Source: Chara braunii (lineage: Eukaryota > Plantae > Charophyceae). Taken from it: 64,000 nt of DNA. This document shows positions 1-13,772 of this stretch, piece by piece; positions within the stretch are counted from its first letter, which is position 1, and each line of letters starts with the position of its first letter. The notes under the pieces are model-generated. The model had not been told where the DNA came from and made no database searches. It saw only the letters and a list, made by a program, of their open reading frames with translations. The position numbers and the translations under genes are program-made. The stretch covers positions 1,197,477 to 1,261,476 of the forward strand of contig BFEA01000014.1 in NCBI GenBank assembly GCA_003427395.1, written 5' to 3'.

Positions 1-3000
1 CTTTTCAGAATTCATATTAACTCAAATACGAAAAGCTGAAATAATTATCGACTCTAGAAAGTTAAATTTTGTCTAACTCTCTGAATTAGTAAAAATTGGG
101 GCAGCATCTCCCTTAGAAAAGTAGACTTTCCAGATTTATACTAAGTCAGATAAGGACTCAGTACAAGACTTGAGTTATTCTAAGACAAAAATTTTAACCA
201 ACCTCTTAGATTTGTATAAATTTCGGCAGCTCTTCCCATAGAGAAAGTAGTTTTTCAAAATTTATACAAAGCTAAGTTCAGAATCTAAAAATAACTTTGA
301 CTTCCCACGTTTCAATTTTGTCTAACTCTCTGAATTAGCAAAAATTTGGGCAACACTCCCTTGAGAAAATGAGACTTTCCAGATTTTTACTAAGCCATAT
401 ATAAAATTTAGGTAAATTGAACTTTGAAAAGTCCTAATCTGACTAACTCCTTGGTTTTGTAGGAATTTTGGCAGCGTTTCCTGTAAAGAAAGTAACTTAC
501 TAAGATTTATACAAGACCAAGTATAATAAATGATCCTACAAATGCGAGAATTGACCTAAATAAAAAAAGTTAGCTCATAAAATGCAGAATTTGAAACTAA
601 CTCTTATAGCTCTAGCATGTGGCGAGCATTTAAAGCAACTACCTATCAACTGAAACTCAGACTAAGTAGTAGTCTTGCTCAGCCACATGCAAGGTCAAAC
701 CACAAAGGTAAGTACTCTCACCAGCCAAAAATTAATCTTATCAAACAATAGTTCGTAGTTTTTCAATGATTTATCCCTTACACCTTACTTACATAAAACG
801 TAAAGTTAGACCATCCAATCTTATGGAAACATGTCTAGCTCAGCCATTGAATATACATAAACACAGGGCACTACAACTTTTCTCTTCTTTGGGCATATGA
901 CTAGGTTGTCGAGCCTAGTCACCCTGAACTGTTTAAGCATCAAAGTTATACATCATTATCTGCACTTTGTCTTTTAAGGTAGCATATGATTGAACCGATC
1001 ATCTTAGATCAAGGTTCAGCTTGTCCCTTCTTACCACAAGTTTATTCTTAATCCATACTCTTTTCAGTTGGTGATAGGGTGTAGTCAAATCATCCAACTT
1101 TATAGAAACATGTCTGACTAGCCTGTTCATAAGTAAAATAGTATAAAGGTATAAACAAGTTTATCTTTCTGGTTCTATCATGTGCGTGGCTTCACACCAG
1201 ACTTCCCAATCTTATGGGAACCTGTCCAGTTCTTCGTATGATCCTGCCACAGAATAAACAAGAAGAAACCAATAAACATCAGAAATTTAAATGAAGTAAG
1301 GCAAGCAAACCATCCAATCTTATGGAACTCTGCTTGGTCCCTGAAAAGGTCAATCACAGGCAACCCTTGCAAGTCAGAGTAACCATACCACCCAATCTTC
1401 TGGAAATTTATCTGGTCCTCCGAGCAATCAAAAATAAGCATAGCACTGAGCCCTCCGAACTTATTGAGACTATCTCAGCCTTTGGTTGACCTAGTCAAAG
1501 GCAGGCAATACCACCTTTCTCCCACCTTTCCCCCAGATGTAAACCTTTTTCACAATCTGCCTTCAGTCAAACAACAAAAATAAAACTGATCTTGCACAAA
1601 CATTCATTTACTTGAGTCTGGTTTGTGTCCTGAAAAGTCAAACTTAAAATCAAGGTAGGGACGCACACAATTTACTCGATCAAACTGTAGACGGATGTAC
1701 AAATAAGGCTTGTAACTGTGTTTATAGAAGGAAGATGAAGTTTTACCTCTTAGTTTCTCTGCCTCCATAACTCCTCCTAACAACCATTTCGTCAAAACGG
1801 ACAAATTATATTTTTGGAACGAAATTAAATTAAGTTTTTGGACCGAAATCCGGTCGAAATTCTTGGTTTCTGGGGCTCCGGCGTTCCTAGAATACCGGAC
1901 CCCCTAGATGTATCTGATCGCAGCTTGAGACCTGATACATCTAGGGGGTCCGACGTTCTAGGAACGCCGGATAGGAGCCAAAATTTTGGACCGGATTTCA
2001 GCCCAAAAACTCAATTATAATTTCATTCAAAAAATATAATATGTCTGTTTTTACGAAATGGTTGTTTTTTGAGTTCTGGCAGAGCTCCCGCAATCGGTGG
2101 GCAGACTCCCCACAAAGTCTTGTTGTGGCCCTACGGGTTGCAATCCCGTCTTCCGCCTTCCTCTCGTAACCAAGATTAGACTTAGAGTGAAAAGGGCAGA
2201 AGGAAGGGTTGCAGACTCTCGAGATAAAGGAGGGGGACAAACTCAACTCTCAGGAGAGGGCCTTGAAACCTTCGTGCGCCTGAGGGCCCCGTAATGGTGG
2301 CTAAAACCCGCAGCAACTTGGTCAAACTTAAGTAAAATTGCCTATTGTTGACCCTGTGACAACCTTCTAATTCTTTGGAGAGACCCCCTTCGCAACTTGA
2401 TCACTCTCCCTTTGTTGAATTGTCGTTCTAAAAAATTGATAAGTCGTTAGCACGCCCTCGCACTCTATTCGAGTGGCAGGCGAAAACACAGCAAACTCAA
2501 CAACTCAGTAAAAGCACGACGCGCTCAGCAACCATGTGCAGCAACAAGGCACCGTAGGAATACACAACGCCGAACACAACAAACCGTTGCGGTTGTGTAC
2601 ATCATACACAGTCGCTACCTCCACTCAACAACAATGACATAGTCCAACCTGCAGTATCAGTAACAACAGAGCACACAACAATGGTGCAATAAAAGTGCAA
2701 GAACTAACTTCTCCAATCTGACAACAACACCAAAGCAACATCTTCGTTTGAATAGACCAGCGGCATGCTCACAGTAAACTTCACGGTTTAATAGTAAGCA
2801 GTTGATTTAAGCCACAACAACTGAAACACCGACACTCATCGAATCGAGGAAGAATTCTCATTCTGTCGATCCTTGTTATGCCTGAACCTGGCGAGTCTCA
2901 GAGCGACCATGCACCACTCTAAGGCAAGCCTAACAGTCCATGTTTGACCTTTCTTTCCCCCTCCTCCGATCTGGCCCTCATTGAGGGAACCCATAGGTCT

Positions 3001-3979
3001 ATGCATGAGTGACACCGTCAGAGGCAGAACAAACCGATCCCAAATACTCAGCAGGATCCAAGCAGTCCAAACAGTAACAACAACTTCGACGATGACCCCA
3101 AGTAAAAATGACAACTACCTTTCGCAAATGATCCTAGCCACCGACTCGGCCAGGTTCACCCTAAGTTGGGAGAAAGGGGATCACGACCGAGATTGATAGA
3201 GGCGAGTGTGAGGGAGAAAGTGACGATGTACTTAGATCCGAACAGGAGCAACATCTTGTTGAAGATCTGTAGTACCCAAACCCCGAGATGAAAATAGCAA
3301 TAGACTGTTAGTTGTGCCAGTCTGGAACGATCAGCAACCGAGACTGCAGGCACAACAATCCTTCGAGAACTTGAAGTCACTAGCAGTGGCAAACCCGCTT
3401 CTCCTCCTCGTCGATCTTATTCCCAATACCGATAGCACTGCAGTCGGTCGTAGATATGGTCAGACGGCTCCTCGTCGCCCTGTATTCGAGCTCACGTCCA
3501 CAATCCAACAATTGCAAGCATACGCCAGCTAAGCAGCCCGCCAACATGCGCAGCGAGAAGGAATCTTCTACAAGAATGGAGACATGCACTACTTTCCAGT
3601 CGTGTTTGATCCCAGTTTGGCACTATGGCTCAACTTTTGGTTCCTCCCACATGGCTTGCCTTCGGTGGGAAGTACTCCTCACTCCTTTTAAACTCGTTCA
3701 ATCTCATCCCCTACTGATTGCCTCTGGTTCGTACTTCTCCCTCGTCTTCCGTGCTCCTCGACACCTCTCTCTATGGTAGCGGCCCACTGCTCGTAATGCA
3801 CTTGAAGAGGGTGCACGTCCGGATTTGGCCTGCTTCCACCCGATTAGCTCGCAGGAGATTCAGCGCCAGCAATCGATCAACAATACTGAGATAAAAATGA
3901 TGATGGCTTGGATGACAATGACTGTCAGTGATACCAGCTTGGTTGAAACCAGGATCAATGATGTCGGTCGCGATGACGA
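1..3979 (-). mobile_element. Giant LTR-like element E0, middle-to-3' part, running off the left edge of the window
   Basis: Bases 1-2330 are the reverse complement of the region at ~11.7-13.7 kb. For example, the rc of 1-150 matches 13571-13720, and the motif array and the GGATTGCAACCCGTAGG block are present. Assignment of 2330-3979 to this element is inferred from position. Confidence 0.75.
1779..2066. mobile_element. Foldback (palindromic) MITE inserted in E0
   Basis: TIRs AACAACCATTTCGT / ACGAAATGGTTGTT, and almost the whole ~290 bp is self-complementary. It splits CTCCTCCT|GAGT, which is contiguous in the other copies. A relative lies at 43946-44274. Confidence 0.85.
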
Positions 3980-6058
3980 TGTCGGGGCGAATGCCCTTAC
4001 AAGGGTATCCGCCTTGTTTTTTTTGCAAGTGACATGAAATAGGTTTGGTTTAAAGTTTAAGTATTCCACGCGGGGCGCGGCTGCGTTCGTGATTTACGTC
4101 AGGGTGGATGGTTGACTAGAGAAGAGAGTGTGTGGGCACGCAGACTTAAGACGCGCGCGATCTGTTTTTCGTTTGATGATCGTGAAAGTCGGCGTTAGTC
4201 GCCGACCAGATCTTTTATTTCTGATCAAACTAGGGTGAAAAAGATTATGTCTCACTGATTGATATGCTTGCCTGCGACCCATGCGCACGTGCGGAGAACG
4301 CCATCGGCAACGAGGAGGTTTTGAAGTGTTTTCAGTACGCCCGCGTGTCGCGTGGTGTCCACTTATTTAGGCTTCCGTCAGAGATATACCCAGATTTGGG
4401 CCTAGCACTAGCGATTACGACGTCCGGTTTTCATCAAAGAGATTTAAGGATCGAGACTAGGCGGCGACGACGCGGGAATATCAGAGTGGCGCGAGGGGGC
4501 CTGACGGGGCTATCCCCCTTGGTTTGGCCATCGGTGGCGTCCGATCGGTGGTGACATTTTCTAAATAATTTATTTTAGCGTTGTATTTCTATTACTTTTT
4601 ATGCTCCGGCGTGCTGTTGACTTGGACGCGATGTCGGATTTAATGGTCGTTACGACAGTCAAGGACCTAGAGTGCACGCCTCGTTTCACGGGTCCGCGTG
4701 TTCCGGATGCTGCCGAAAGTTGTCTATCACGCCGTTGTTGAGAACAGGGCACGGTCAGGGCTTGAGTTTGTAATTGCACTTGAGGCAAAAGGATCGGTAA
4801 TGCTGAATGTATACGACCTACGTTTTGGGCCCGGTGAGGTTGTGTGGGGGTGTGTTGTATTCGCAAGGTGGTCTGAAGTGCGACCACGAACTGTTTTCGT
4901 GACCGCGCTGAAGTTACCTCGTTATAGTATTTCGGGGAACTCTGTAGCAGTCACATCCATGCTCAAGCCTCCAACGAAGGAACATGTGGGAGATGCACCG
5001 ACCAGCAGGGGCGATATCTGCTGTAGCGGGTGGGTGGTACCAGCCAGGGGCTAGCCGGTAGCATCAGGACCAAGCTTCTTCGATCGGCCAAGCGCTAGCC
5101 GGTAGTATCAGGGCCGGGCTTCTTCAAAAGACCAGTCGCGGTGCCTCCCCTCTGGTCCCCTCCCCCTATGAGCATCAGTAGTATCCGCTCAGGGCCGTTC
5201 AAGGGACTCGAAGAGGGCCAGCGGTATAGCTCAAAGTAGCGGGCAGTGAGTCTGGCCCGGCAGCAGCGAGCGGAGCAACAGCGCAAGCGGGCATCGAGCA
5301 TTGAGGCGGCGAAGGGAGTTCGAGCGACAGCGGGTGCAACACTGGTACTGTGCTAGCGAGCGGGGCGCCGCAGAGGAGGCTTGCAGTAGGGCACGAGAAG
5401 GTACGAAGGTCGCAAAAGAGGAAAGTCGAGAAGAGGATGAACGAACCTGGTTGGGGTTTTGTGCCAGGTACAGCCATAGTAGAGATGGTGGAAACACCAA
5501 CTGAGCGCAACTGTGAGTGGGATTGTTTGCCCGATCCTTCGGGGAATCGGGCGGGGAAACACATGAGATATGGGTGTTGAAGAATATCGAAATCGATTCC
5601 GAAGTTGGTTTGAATGGAGGATTAGTAGAAATGGGGTTAGGAGGAAAATGACGTGTGCGGAGCTGCAGCGATGGTGGAGATGGAAGGGAGTGTTTATCAC
5701 CAAACTCAGCCGATTCTCCACGAAATCGGTTGAGGAAAGAAGTTTTCTGGGGTTTTTGGGTAGTGCGAGTTGATTGACGGGCTCAAATCCACGAAGCGTG
5801 GAATGATGTGGGCACTACGATCTGTATAAGCTACGCTAGGGGGGATAATTTCATTTTGATACAAAGATGGCGATGTATTTTTTCCATGTTCAAGGCTAAA
5901 TTCAGCCCTTTCGTTTTTCCTCGTCCCCCCCCTCACAAGCCGCACATCATAACCATCGTTAGCATACAACAGTCAACCGAAGTCGTTACTCCCGAGAGAA
6001 TGAATAAACTTGACCGTATGGAAGGACCAGGCACGAAGAGTTGAGGAATTGGGGGAGT

Positions 6059-6062
<4 letters not shown>

Positions 6063-6118
<56 letters not shown>
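6063..6118. repeat. (GA)n microsatellite
   Basis: Seen directly in the sequence. Confidence 0.95.
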
Positions 6119-6121
<3 letters not shown>

Positions 6122-8662
6122 AGAGAGAGTAGAAGAGAGTTGGGATAGTATACCGCCTTCTACTCGTTGTCGTGTCCTGGTGATCGAGGCTCTGACCGAG
6201 CTCATCATAGTCACCACAGGTGAGGCGGATCACTCTCTCCATCGGAGTTGTAAGGGGAGTGCATCACTGAGAGAGAGGTGCGAGGATTTATCCTCGCCCG
6301 AATGGTGAGGTAAGAGATGGTGGGCAGCCAGTGACCAGCTACACCTACCTGCTCATATCGGGGGTAGAGTTGGCTGGAGTAGCACGGGTTGTAGGCGGTT
6401 GATGCAAGTGTTCTAAGAAGAAGCCCGGTAAAGACATAAATTTTGGCACTAACATGAACACGAACTGTGTGAGCAAGGCCTATCCGCTCCTCAACAGGCC
6501 TACCTCAGTTTAAAATTGCAGTACGAGTGTGGGCTGCGAGAGTATGAACTTGGTCATGACTGCAACCAAGTGTGTTGCGGACAACGGAGCCGTGTTGCGG
6601 GAGGACGAGCGAGGAAATGGGCCACGAGGGTTGCAGATTCACCAGTTTGGCCAAAAACGCTGCCCACCGCACAACCGAAAGAGTGAGAGACAGGCTGCGA
6701 GCTTGGTAATTCACCTGTTGGTCGATGTGCCGCTCACCCTGCCGGCTGAAGTTGCGGCAAGCTAGCTGGAAGGGGGTTGCTGATCTGTTTGGTTGTTGGA
6801 GTACCACCTATTCCACCAACCTGCGCACGCGAAGAGGCTACTAGTAGCCGTGAGAGTGCGGACCTAGCTGTCAGTCGGTGCACTCCTTCGCCCCATCGGA
6901 CAAGGTGGCTGGATGTGAGCCACGAAGTTGCGAGTTTGCCCATAGTTAACGAATTTGGGGTTACTAGCTTGGCGGGTTGACTAAGTCCTTTGAAGGGGGG
7001 GATTGCTGCGAGTTGGGAAGTAGTCAGGGAGTCAACGATTGAAAGTTTGACCTAGTTGACCAAGCGGCTACACCGGGTTGGCTGCCATTGCGGGGCCCTT
7101 AGGCGAGTCAAGGACGCAAGGCCCTCCCGGGCGAGTCTGAGGGCACCTCTCTTGTATCTTAGAGTCTTAATCCTTCTTCTTCTTCCCTTCTTACTCTAAG
7201 TCTAGTCTAGTTCTGAGAGGAAGGCGACAGGCGGGATTGCAACCCGTAGGATCACAGCAGGACTCAGTGGGGAGTCAGCCCACCGATTGAGGGAGCTCTG
7301 CCGGAACTCAGGAGGAGTTCTGGAGGCAGGGAACTGGGAGGTAACCCTTGCTTTCCCTCTATAAACTCGATTATAACCCCTATCTGTATTCCTTATTGTG
7401 TTTTGACTGAGGACACTAAGTGCATCCCTACTTTGACTTCCAGTTTGACTTTCAGGATATGATCCGGACTAAGTAAAAGAATGTACGTGTAATGTCAGTT
7501 TCAGTTTCATTGTTTGAGTGAAAGCAAATTATGGGATTGCATTTGGGGGAAGGATGGGAGGGAGGCAGTATTGCTTGTTTGGTTGGGTGTATCACGGGCT
7601 GGGCAAATCTCCATAAGTTTGGGGAGGCCCTGTGTCAGTGCGAATACCCTTACAAGGGTATCCGCCCTGATTTTTGCAAATGACAGAAAATAAGTTTGGT
7701 TTAAAGGTTAAGCATAACGCGCGAGGGCGCGACTGCGTCTGGGGTTTACGTTGTCAGATGGTTGACTAGAGTAGAGAGTGTGTGGGCGCACAGATTGAAG
7801 GCGCGCGTAATCTCTTTTCTTTTTTATGATTGTGAAAAGCGGCGTTGGTTGCCGGCCAGATTTTATTTCTGATTAAACTAGGATTTCAAAGATTGTCTCT
7901 TGATGGGGTGCTTGCTTGTGACTCACGCGTACGTACGGAGGACGACGTCGATGGAGGCACTGATCTATGTAGCCACGTGGTGGACGCGGAAGGTTGACGA
8001 CGGTGAGGTTGGTTGATAGGTCGATGGGTGATTTTGAAACATTTCGGTAGATCTGCACGTCGTGCGGTATCCGTTTTAATTAGGTGTCCGTCAAACACTA
8101 AACCCAACCTTGGGCGTAGCGCTATTGGCTACGATGTCGAACTTTTCAACAGGGAGGTTTAGGGATCGAGGTGAACAAGCGTAGGCGCGGGAGCATGGGA
8201 GTGGTGTGAAGGAACTGTGGGGTTGAGGGCCCGATGGGGCTATCCCCGTTTGTTTTGCCGTCGGCAGCGTTCGAACAGTGCTAGTGGGTTCTTTTTCCTC
8301 GATTCGTCATATTCTGACGATTAAAACTTTCTAAATATTTTATTTTTCACCGTCGTATTATCATTTTTTATTTTTAATGCATTGGCGTTCCTTGACTTGG
8401 GCGCGGCGCTGGATTTAGAGATCGTCACGGCGGTCGAGGATCTTGAGCGCGCTCCTCTTTGTGTTGACCTCCGAGTTCCTGTATGTTCGGGATATTTAGG
8501 AGGCGCGTGATAAGCCCATAAGCGGGAAGGAGCCTCAAAGGCGGGGACATTCGGCGAATGTGTCGTTCGCCAACCGCTGACTGTTGCAAGAGGGGCTTGA
8601 GTACACATGCCATCTGGGCCAGAGGAGCCAGGCTACGACCCAGGGCACAGTGGGGGGCTGCG

Positions 8663-8790
8663 TAGCCGTATCGAAGTGCCCAGCTGGCCTGTGGAGCCTT
8701 CTCCGCCTCGACCTTCAAAGTTCTCATTGGAGTATTTGCTACTACTGCCAAGACCTGCATCGGGGCTTGCTTACGTGAGGTCATGCTATA
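8663..8790 (-). pseudogene. Degenerate 25S/28S rRNA fragment, antisense to the element, in E2
   Basis: CCTTCAAAGTTCTCATTGGAGTATTTGCTACTACTGCCAAGACCTGCA is the rc of the conserved LSU sequence TGCAGATCTTGGTGGTAGTAGCAAATATTCAAATGAGAACTTTGAAGG. Confidence 0.85.
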
Positions 8791-8850
8791 GGCCGTAGCG
8801 GGCCCACGACTTTGACTCGAGGATGATTCGTGAGTGGGTTGGTCGTTGTG

Positions 8851-9068
8851 AACCTGAAAGGGGGGTAAACTCTGCCGAGACAGGGCGGGCCAGTGGAAAC
8901 TCCAGTGGAAATTTGCAGTGGCACTGCGGCAAGTTGACTAGTCGGGCTTAGGTATAGGCGGGGGAGGCTGTGGAGATAGTCTGCCGAACAACGTCGGACT
9001 TACGTATAGGCGGTAAAACACTGAGCGGACTGGCTCCGACTTCGCAGTCTGCCTTAGGATAGTTGAAG
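8851..9068 (+). pseudogene. Degenerate 25S/28S rRNA fragment, sense, in E2
   Basis: AACCTGAAAGGGGGGTAAACTCTGCC...GCCAGTGGAAACTCCAGTGGA...CTTAGGTATAGG...CCTTAGGATAG resembles LSU GACCCGAAAGATGGTGAACTATGCC...GCCAGAGGAAACTCTGGTGGA...CTTGGGTATAGG...CCTCAGGATAG. Confidence 0.65.
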
Positions 9069-10718
9069 GCGTTCTTCTTCGAATCGCTAAGGGGACGGTC
9101 GTCACCGAGCGCTGCTAACCTCGAGGAGAGGATCAGGGGTGCAGTCGACGAAGGGGGTGTTGGGAACGAGGAGACTCGGGCCATAGTAATAGTTGGGCGT
9201 TGCGCTAAGAGCAGTGACATACGCTGAGGCTGTGCAGCGAGGCGGAGGCAACAGGTTTGATGCTTAGCAAAAGCAAGTAAACCTGGACGAGGAGCTACGC
9301 TGGGTGCGTGGAAAAAAGTTAAGCGAGCCATGGCGGAAGTGGGAACGAGCAGGAGGAAGCAGAGAATGTGAAAACCCACCCAATCCTTGATGACAGTAGG
9401 CAGGGGAAGATATGAAAGAGGTGTTTCAATGGTAGGCGAATATGATTATGCAGTTAGTTTTAGAAGAAGGTTAGTAGGGTAGAAGGTAGAAGAAGAAAGA
9501 GCCACACGGAAGATGGCGGACGTGAAGAAGGAGGGAAATGGAAAAACACATATTTCACTCGTTTCTAGATGAAATCGAGCGAGGGAGGACTCATAACGGA
9601 GGTTTTAGGTCATGGCAACCTCATTTCTGAGCTCAGACTTAGAAGAAAGGCGATGAAGAAAAAATCAGTAGAAAAAATAACTGCGCTGAAGTATCCAGGA
9701 GGAAAAGGAGGAAACGAATGGGAGTAAGAATCTGCCTACTCGGTCGTCTCTCGACCGTGCTTGACAAGTAGAGGTTCTAGGGAAGGGCGAATCCCATGAT
9801 GAAGGCGGATTCGGCGTTAGAGCGATAGATTCCACAGTAAAGGGAGTAGGGGCTGCGTGAGAGGGCAGAGGCTATGAGAAGAGGGATGAACCTACCTGGA
9901 TTCAGCGGCAAATCCATTGTGATTTTGCTCACCCCATGAATCGAGAAAGCGAGGAGCCAGATGCGGGGTTGGTGACTTACCTCTTGGCGGACGCATAATC
10001 GGGGCAACGATGGAAGTAACGTGAGGAGAGCCGCGATTTGGAGACTTACCTGTCAGTCAGGCGCTCGTCTATCGGTCGTTGGAGGAGGAAGACCCCAGCA
10101 ACAAACTCATTCCCAGATCGTTCAGGTTGCTGAGTAGTAGGGTGGCTGTGTATGCCTGACGACCGTGGCTGCGAACATCCTCCTCTAAAGCCCTTTGTTG
10201 TGCAAGTGATATGCTCGGAAAAGAGGGGATGCATCAGCGCTAGCACTGACGAGTTTACTCTGCCAGGGACGCGGTGCTCAGAATCGATGGTACTTATTGA
10301 CGGCTGCTGTTGTCAAAACTGGCCATTATTGTGTCCAGAGGAGCAGTAGTGTTCGAACCAAGGAAATGTATTTTCGGAAGTTGTTGTTGCTATCCACTTT
10401 CTTAAATTGTTATTGTACCCTTGCGGAGTACAGTGATTGCCGCATGTTGAGTTGAGGTTGATGTTGGGACAGTCAAGACGAGTACATTGTTGTGCACCTT
10501 CTGAGACTATACGTCATAGTGTATTTCATGACAAAGAACCGTGTGTGTGGGTGTGCGACTGCTGAAAGGTGAGACTGCAACTGTTGTATCCGTACAGCCA
10601 GATGTATACAGTTGACTTGATAATTCATTCCGTCCGCTTTTGCTCAACTTCCACATACGGTAGCTACGTGTGTCATACTTCACTCAGCTCCTACTGTCTT
10701 TGATAACACCTGGGTAGA

Positions 10719-11237
10719 GCATACAACGGAAAAATTTCGTAGAATTAAATAATTATTCTATAGTAAAATTACATTCTGAATTTTTAATTTTCATTCAGTC
10801 TTAAAAAATGTCATTCCAATTTTAAAATTTTACATCTTACTTGCAAACTTTCATTCCAAGAATAGGGTATCCCTTCTTATTTGGACTGCATGCTAGAGAT
10901 GGAATGAAAGTCTGGATGAGTTCATGAAATATTTTAATTGGACTGTCATTCAAAGAAAGGATTTTCAGTCATAAATAGGTTAATCCAATCTAAATTAGAA
11001 GATATTTGTTATAGTAGAATGAAAATTTAATTAAAACATTTCATAAACTCGTCCAGACTTTTATTCTATCTTGAACAAGTAGATGTAGTTGGAAGGGAAA
11101 ACTCATATTTAGACGGGAACTTTTCAAATAAAACTGAAAATTTTAGAATTTGACGAACATTGGAAATATGAAGGATTTTTTGTTTATGGAATGTTTTTTC
11201 AACTTTAATTTCTCGTGGAAATTTTTCTGTTGTAGGG
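10719..11237. mobile_element. AT-rich non-autonomous TIR element with CACTA-like ends, inside E2
   Basis: ~28-bp TIR TACAACGGAAAAATTTCGTAGAATTAAA / TTTAATTTCTCGTGGAAATTTTTCTGTTGTA. Abrupt shift to AT-rich sequence, absent from sister copies. No clean TSD. Confidence 0.65.
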
Positions 11238-12221
11238 AAGCGGCGTTGCAAGATTGAAGGAATAGATTGATACCATTAGGGGGCTGACTATGGAACACGT
11301 TCACAGTGATTCAAAGGACTGTGGACCGTCCTGGAAGGAAGCAAGACGGAGAAAGGACGCGCGCAACATGGACTGCGTGGCGCTGCAAATCAAAGGTTGT
11401 ATATACGTGGAGCACCGTGTCGAGCTTTCCGTTGAACACCATTGTCAAGCATGCGGTCACCCTGGTTTTACTGCGTCTCGCTCACTCTTCGACTATAATA
11501 TAGAGGCGCGTTGCATATGAACAAAGCTTGTTTATGGCGTAGCAACAGTTCGGTTGAGGAGGAGGCTATCATTGCGACTTGTAAGATCGTTGGAGAAGGG
11601 TTAATTGCTGTGATAGTCATAATTCGGCCGTTGTTGCTGCGACCGGTTGCGGTTCTGGATACCCCGCAGCGTATTTTGGTTGTCATCGTGGGGCTCTCAG
11701 GCAATTCAAGGCAACAAGGCCCTTTCACGAGACTTGAGTTTGTTCCCCTCCTATATCTTGAGAGTCTCAACCCCCTCCTTCTGCCTTTCTTAATCTAAGT
11801 CTAATCCTATTCTAAAAGGAAAGCCAAGAGGAAGGCGGCAGGCGGGATTGCAACCGGGAGGACCGCAGCAAGACTCTGTAGGGAGTCATCCCACCGATTG
11901 CGGGAGCTTTGCCGGGACTCAGGAGGAGTTATGGAGGCAGAGAATTGAAAGGTAATCATTGCTTTCCCTCTATAAACCCAACTATAATCCGTACCTGTAT
12001 TTCATGCTATGGTTGAATGGGTATATTGCCTGCATCCCTACTTTGACTTTCGGTTTGATTTTGAGAACACGAACCAGACTAAATAAAGGAAGGTATGTGC
12101 AATGTCAGTTTTAATTTTATTGCTTGACTGAAAACAGATTATGGGATTGCATCGGGGGGGGAAGGATGGGAGGAAGGCAGTATTGCTTGTTTGACTGGGT
12201 CTATCAAAGGCTGGGCAAATC

Positions 12222-12898
12222 TCCATAAGTTTGGGGAGGCTCAGTGCTATGTTTATTTTGAATTGCCTGGAGAACCAGACATGTTCCATAAGTTTGAGTG
12301 GTCTGGTTGCTCTGACTTGTGAAGGCTGATTGTGATTGACTTTTCAGGGACCAAGCATGTTGTTCCATAAGTTTGGGTGGCTTGGTCACATTGTTTACTT
12401 TGGGTTTCTCTCAGTTTCCATAAGTTTGAGTGGTTCGGCCTCTTCCTGCTTTGACTTTAAGAGAATGAATCAGGCTGAGGACCAGACATGTTCCATAAGT
12501 TTGAGTGGTTTTGGTCCAATGCCATGCACATACTGGAACCAAAAGACTATAACTTGGTTATACTTTATTATTATTTTATCTAAGAACAAGCTACTCAGAG
12601 TATGTTCTATAAGTTTGGGTGGTTTGATTATAGTTTATCACAAACTGAAGATAGTATTAACTAATAGTAAATTTATGGTACGAAGGGGCAGACTGAATTT
12701 TGAGCTAAAGATGATCGGTTCAGTTATATGCTACCTTAGAAGACTAAGTGTAGATAATTATATAAAATTGGGATACTTCAACAGTTCAGGGCGACTAGGG
12801 TGGCCTAGTCATATGCCCAAAGAAGATAAAATTTGTTATGTCTTGTGTTTGTGTATACTCAATGGTTGAGCTACACATGTTCCATAAGTTTGGGTGGT
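12222..12898 (+). repeat. Dispersed array of the ~20-bp motif CATGTTCCATAAGTTTGRGTGG (7 copies) in E2
   Basis: Copies near 12222, 12280, 12360, 12415, 12488, 12601 and 12876. Equivalent arrays lie in E1 (7611 and 15560-16205) and E0 (810-1470, rc). Confidence 0.85.
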
Positions 12899-13194
12899 CT
12901 AGGTTTATGCCCTGTGTAAGCTGGGTGTAAAGGGGTAATTTGGGTAAATCATTGAGAGACTATGAACTATTGTTTGATAAAATGATTTTTGGATGGTGAG
13001 AGTAGTTACATTTGTGGTTTGACCTGCATTTGGCTGAGTGAGATTACTACTTAGTCTGAGATCCAGTTTGATAGGTAGTTGTTTTAATTATTCGCCACGT
13101 GTTAGAGCTCTAGAAGTTAGTTTCAATTCCTGCATTTTCTGAGCTAAGTTTTTTTTACTTAGGTCAATTTTTGCATTATCTGGGATCTTTTATT

Positions 13195-13772
13195 ATACTT
13201 GGTCTTGTATAAATCTTGGTAAGTCACTTTCTCTACGGGAAACGCTGCCGAAATTTCTACAAAACCAAGAAGTTAGCCAAATTTTGACTTTCAAAAACTC
13301 AATCTGTCTAAATTATATACATGACTTAGTAAAAATCTAGGACGTCTCATTTTCTAAAATGAGTGTTGCCAAAAATTTTGTTGATTCAAAGAGTTAGACA
13401 AAATTGGACTTTGGGAAGTCAAAGTTATTTTCTAGACTATGGACTTCGCTTTGTATAAATCTTGGAATAACACTTTCTCTACGGGAAGCGTTGCCAAAAT
13501 TTTTACAAATCTAAGAGGTTAGTTGAACTTTATCTTGAAGCCGAACTCAAGTCTGGCTCCTGAGTTTCTATCTGACTTAGTATAAATTTGAAAAGTCTAT
13601 CTTTCTAAAAGAGATGCTGCCCAAATTTTTACTAATTCAGGGAGTTAGACAAAATTTGACTTTCTAGAATTAGAGTTTGAATTTTGTTTTTGTATTTGAG
13701 TTATTATAAATTTTGGGAATACATTTTTCCTACGGGAAGTGCTGCCGAAATTTTTTTAGTTTAGAGGAGTTA
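13195..13772 (+). repeat. Degenerate ~122-bp tandem repeat (5 units, alternating A/B types) in E2
   Basis: Recurring TATAAATCTTGG...CTACGGGAAGCGCTGCCGAAATTT...GAGTTAG. Also at 1-525 (rc), 16490-17060 and 22370-22930. Confidence 0.8.
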
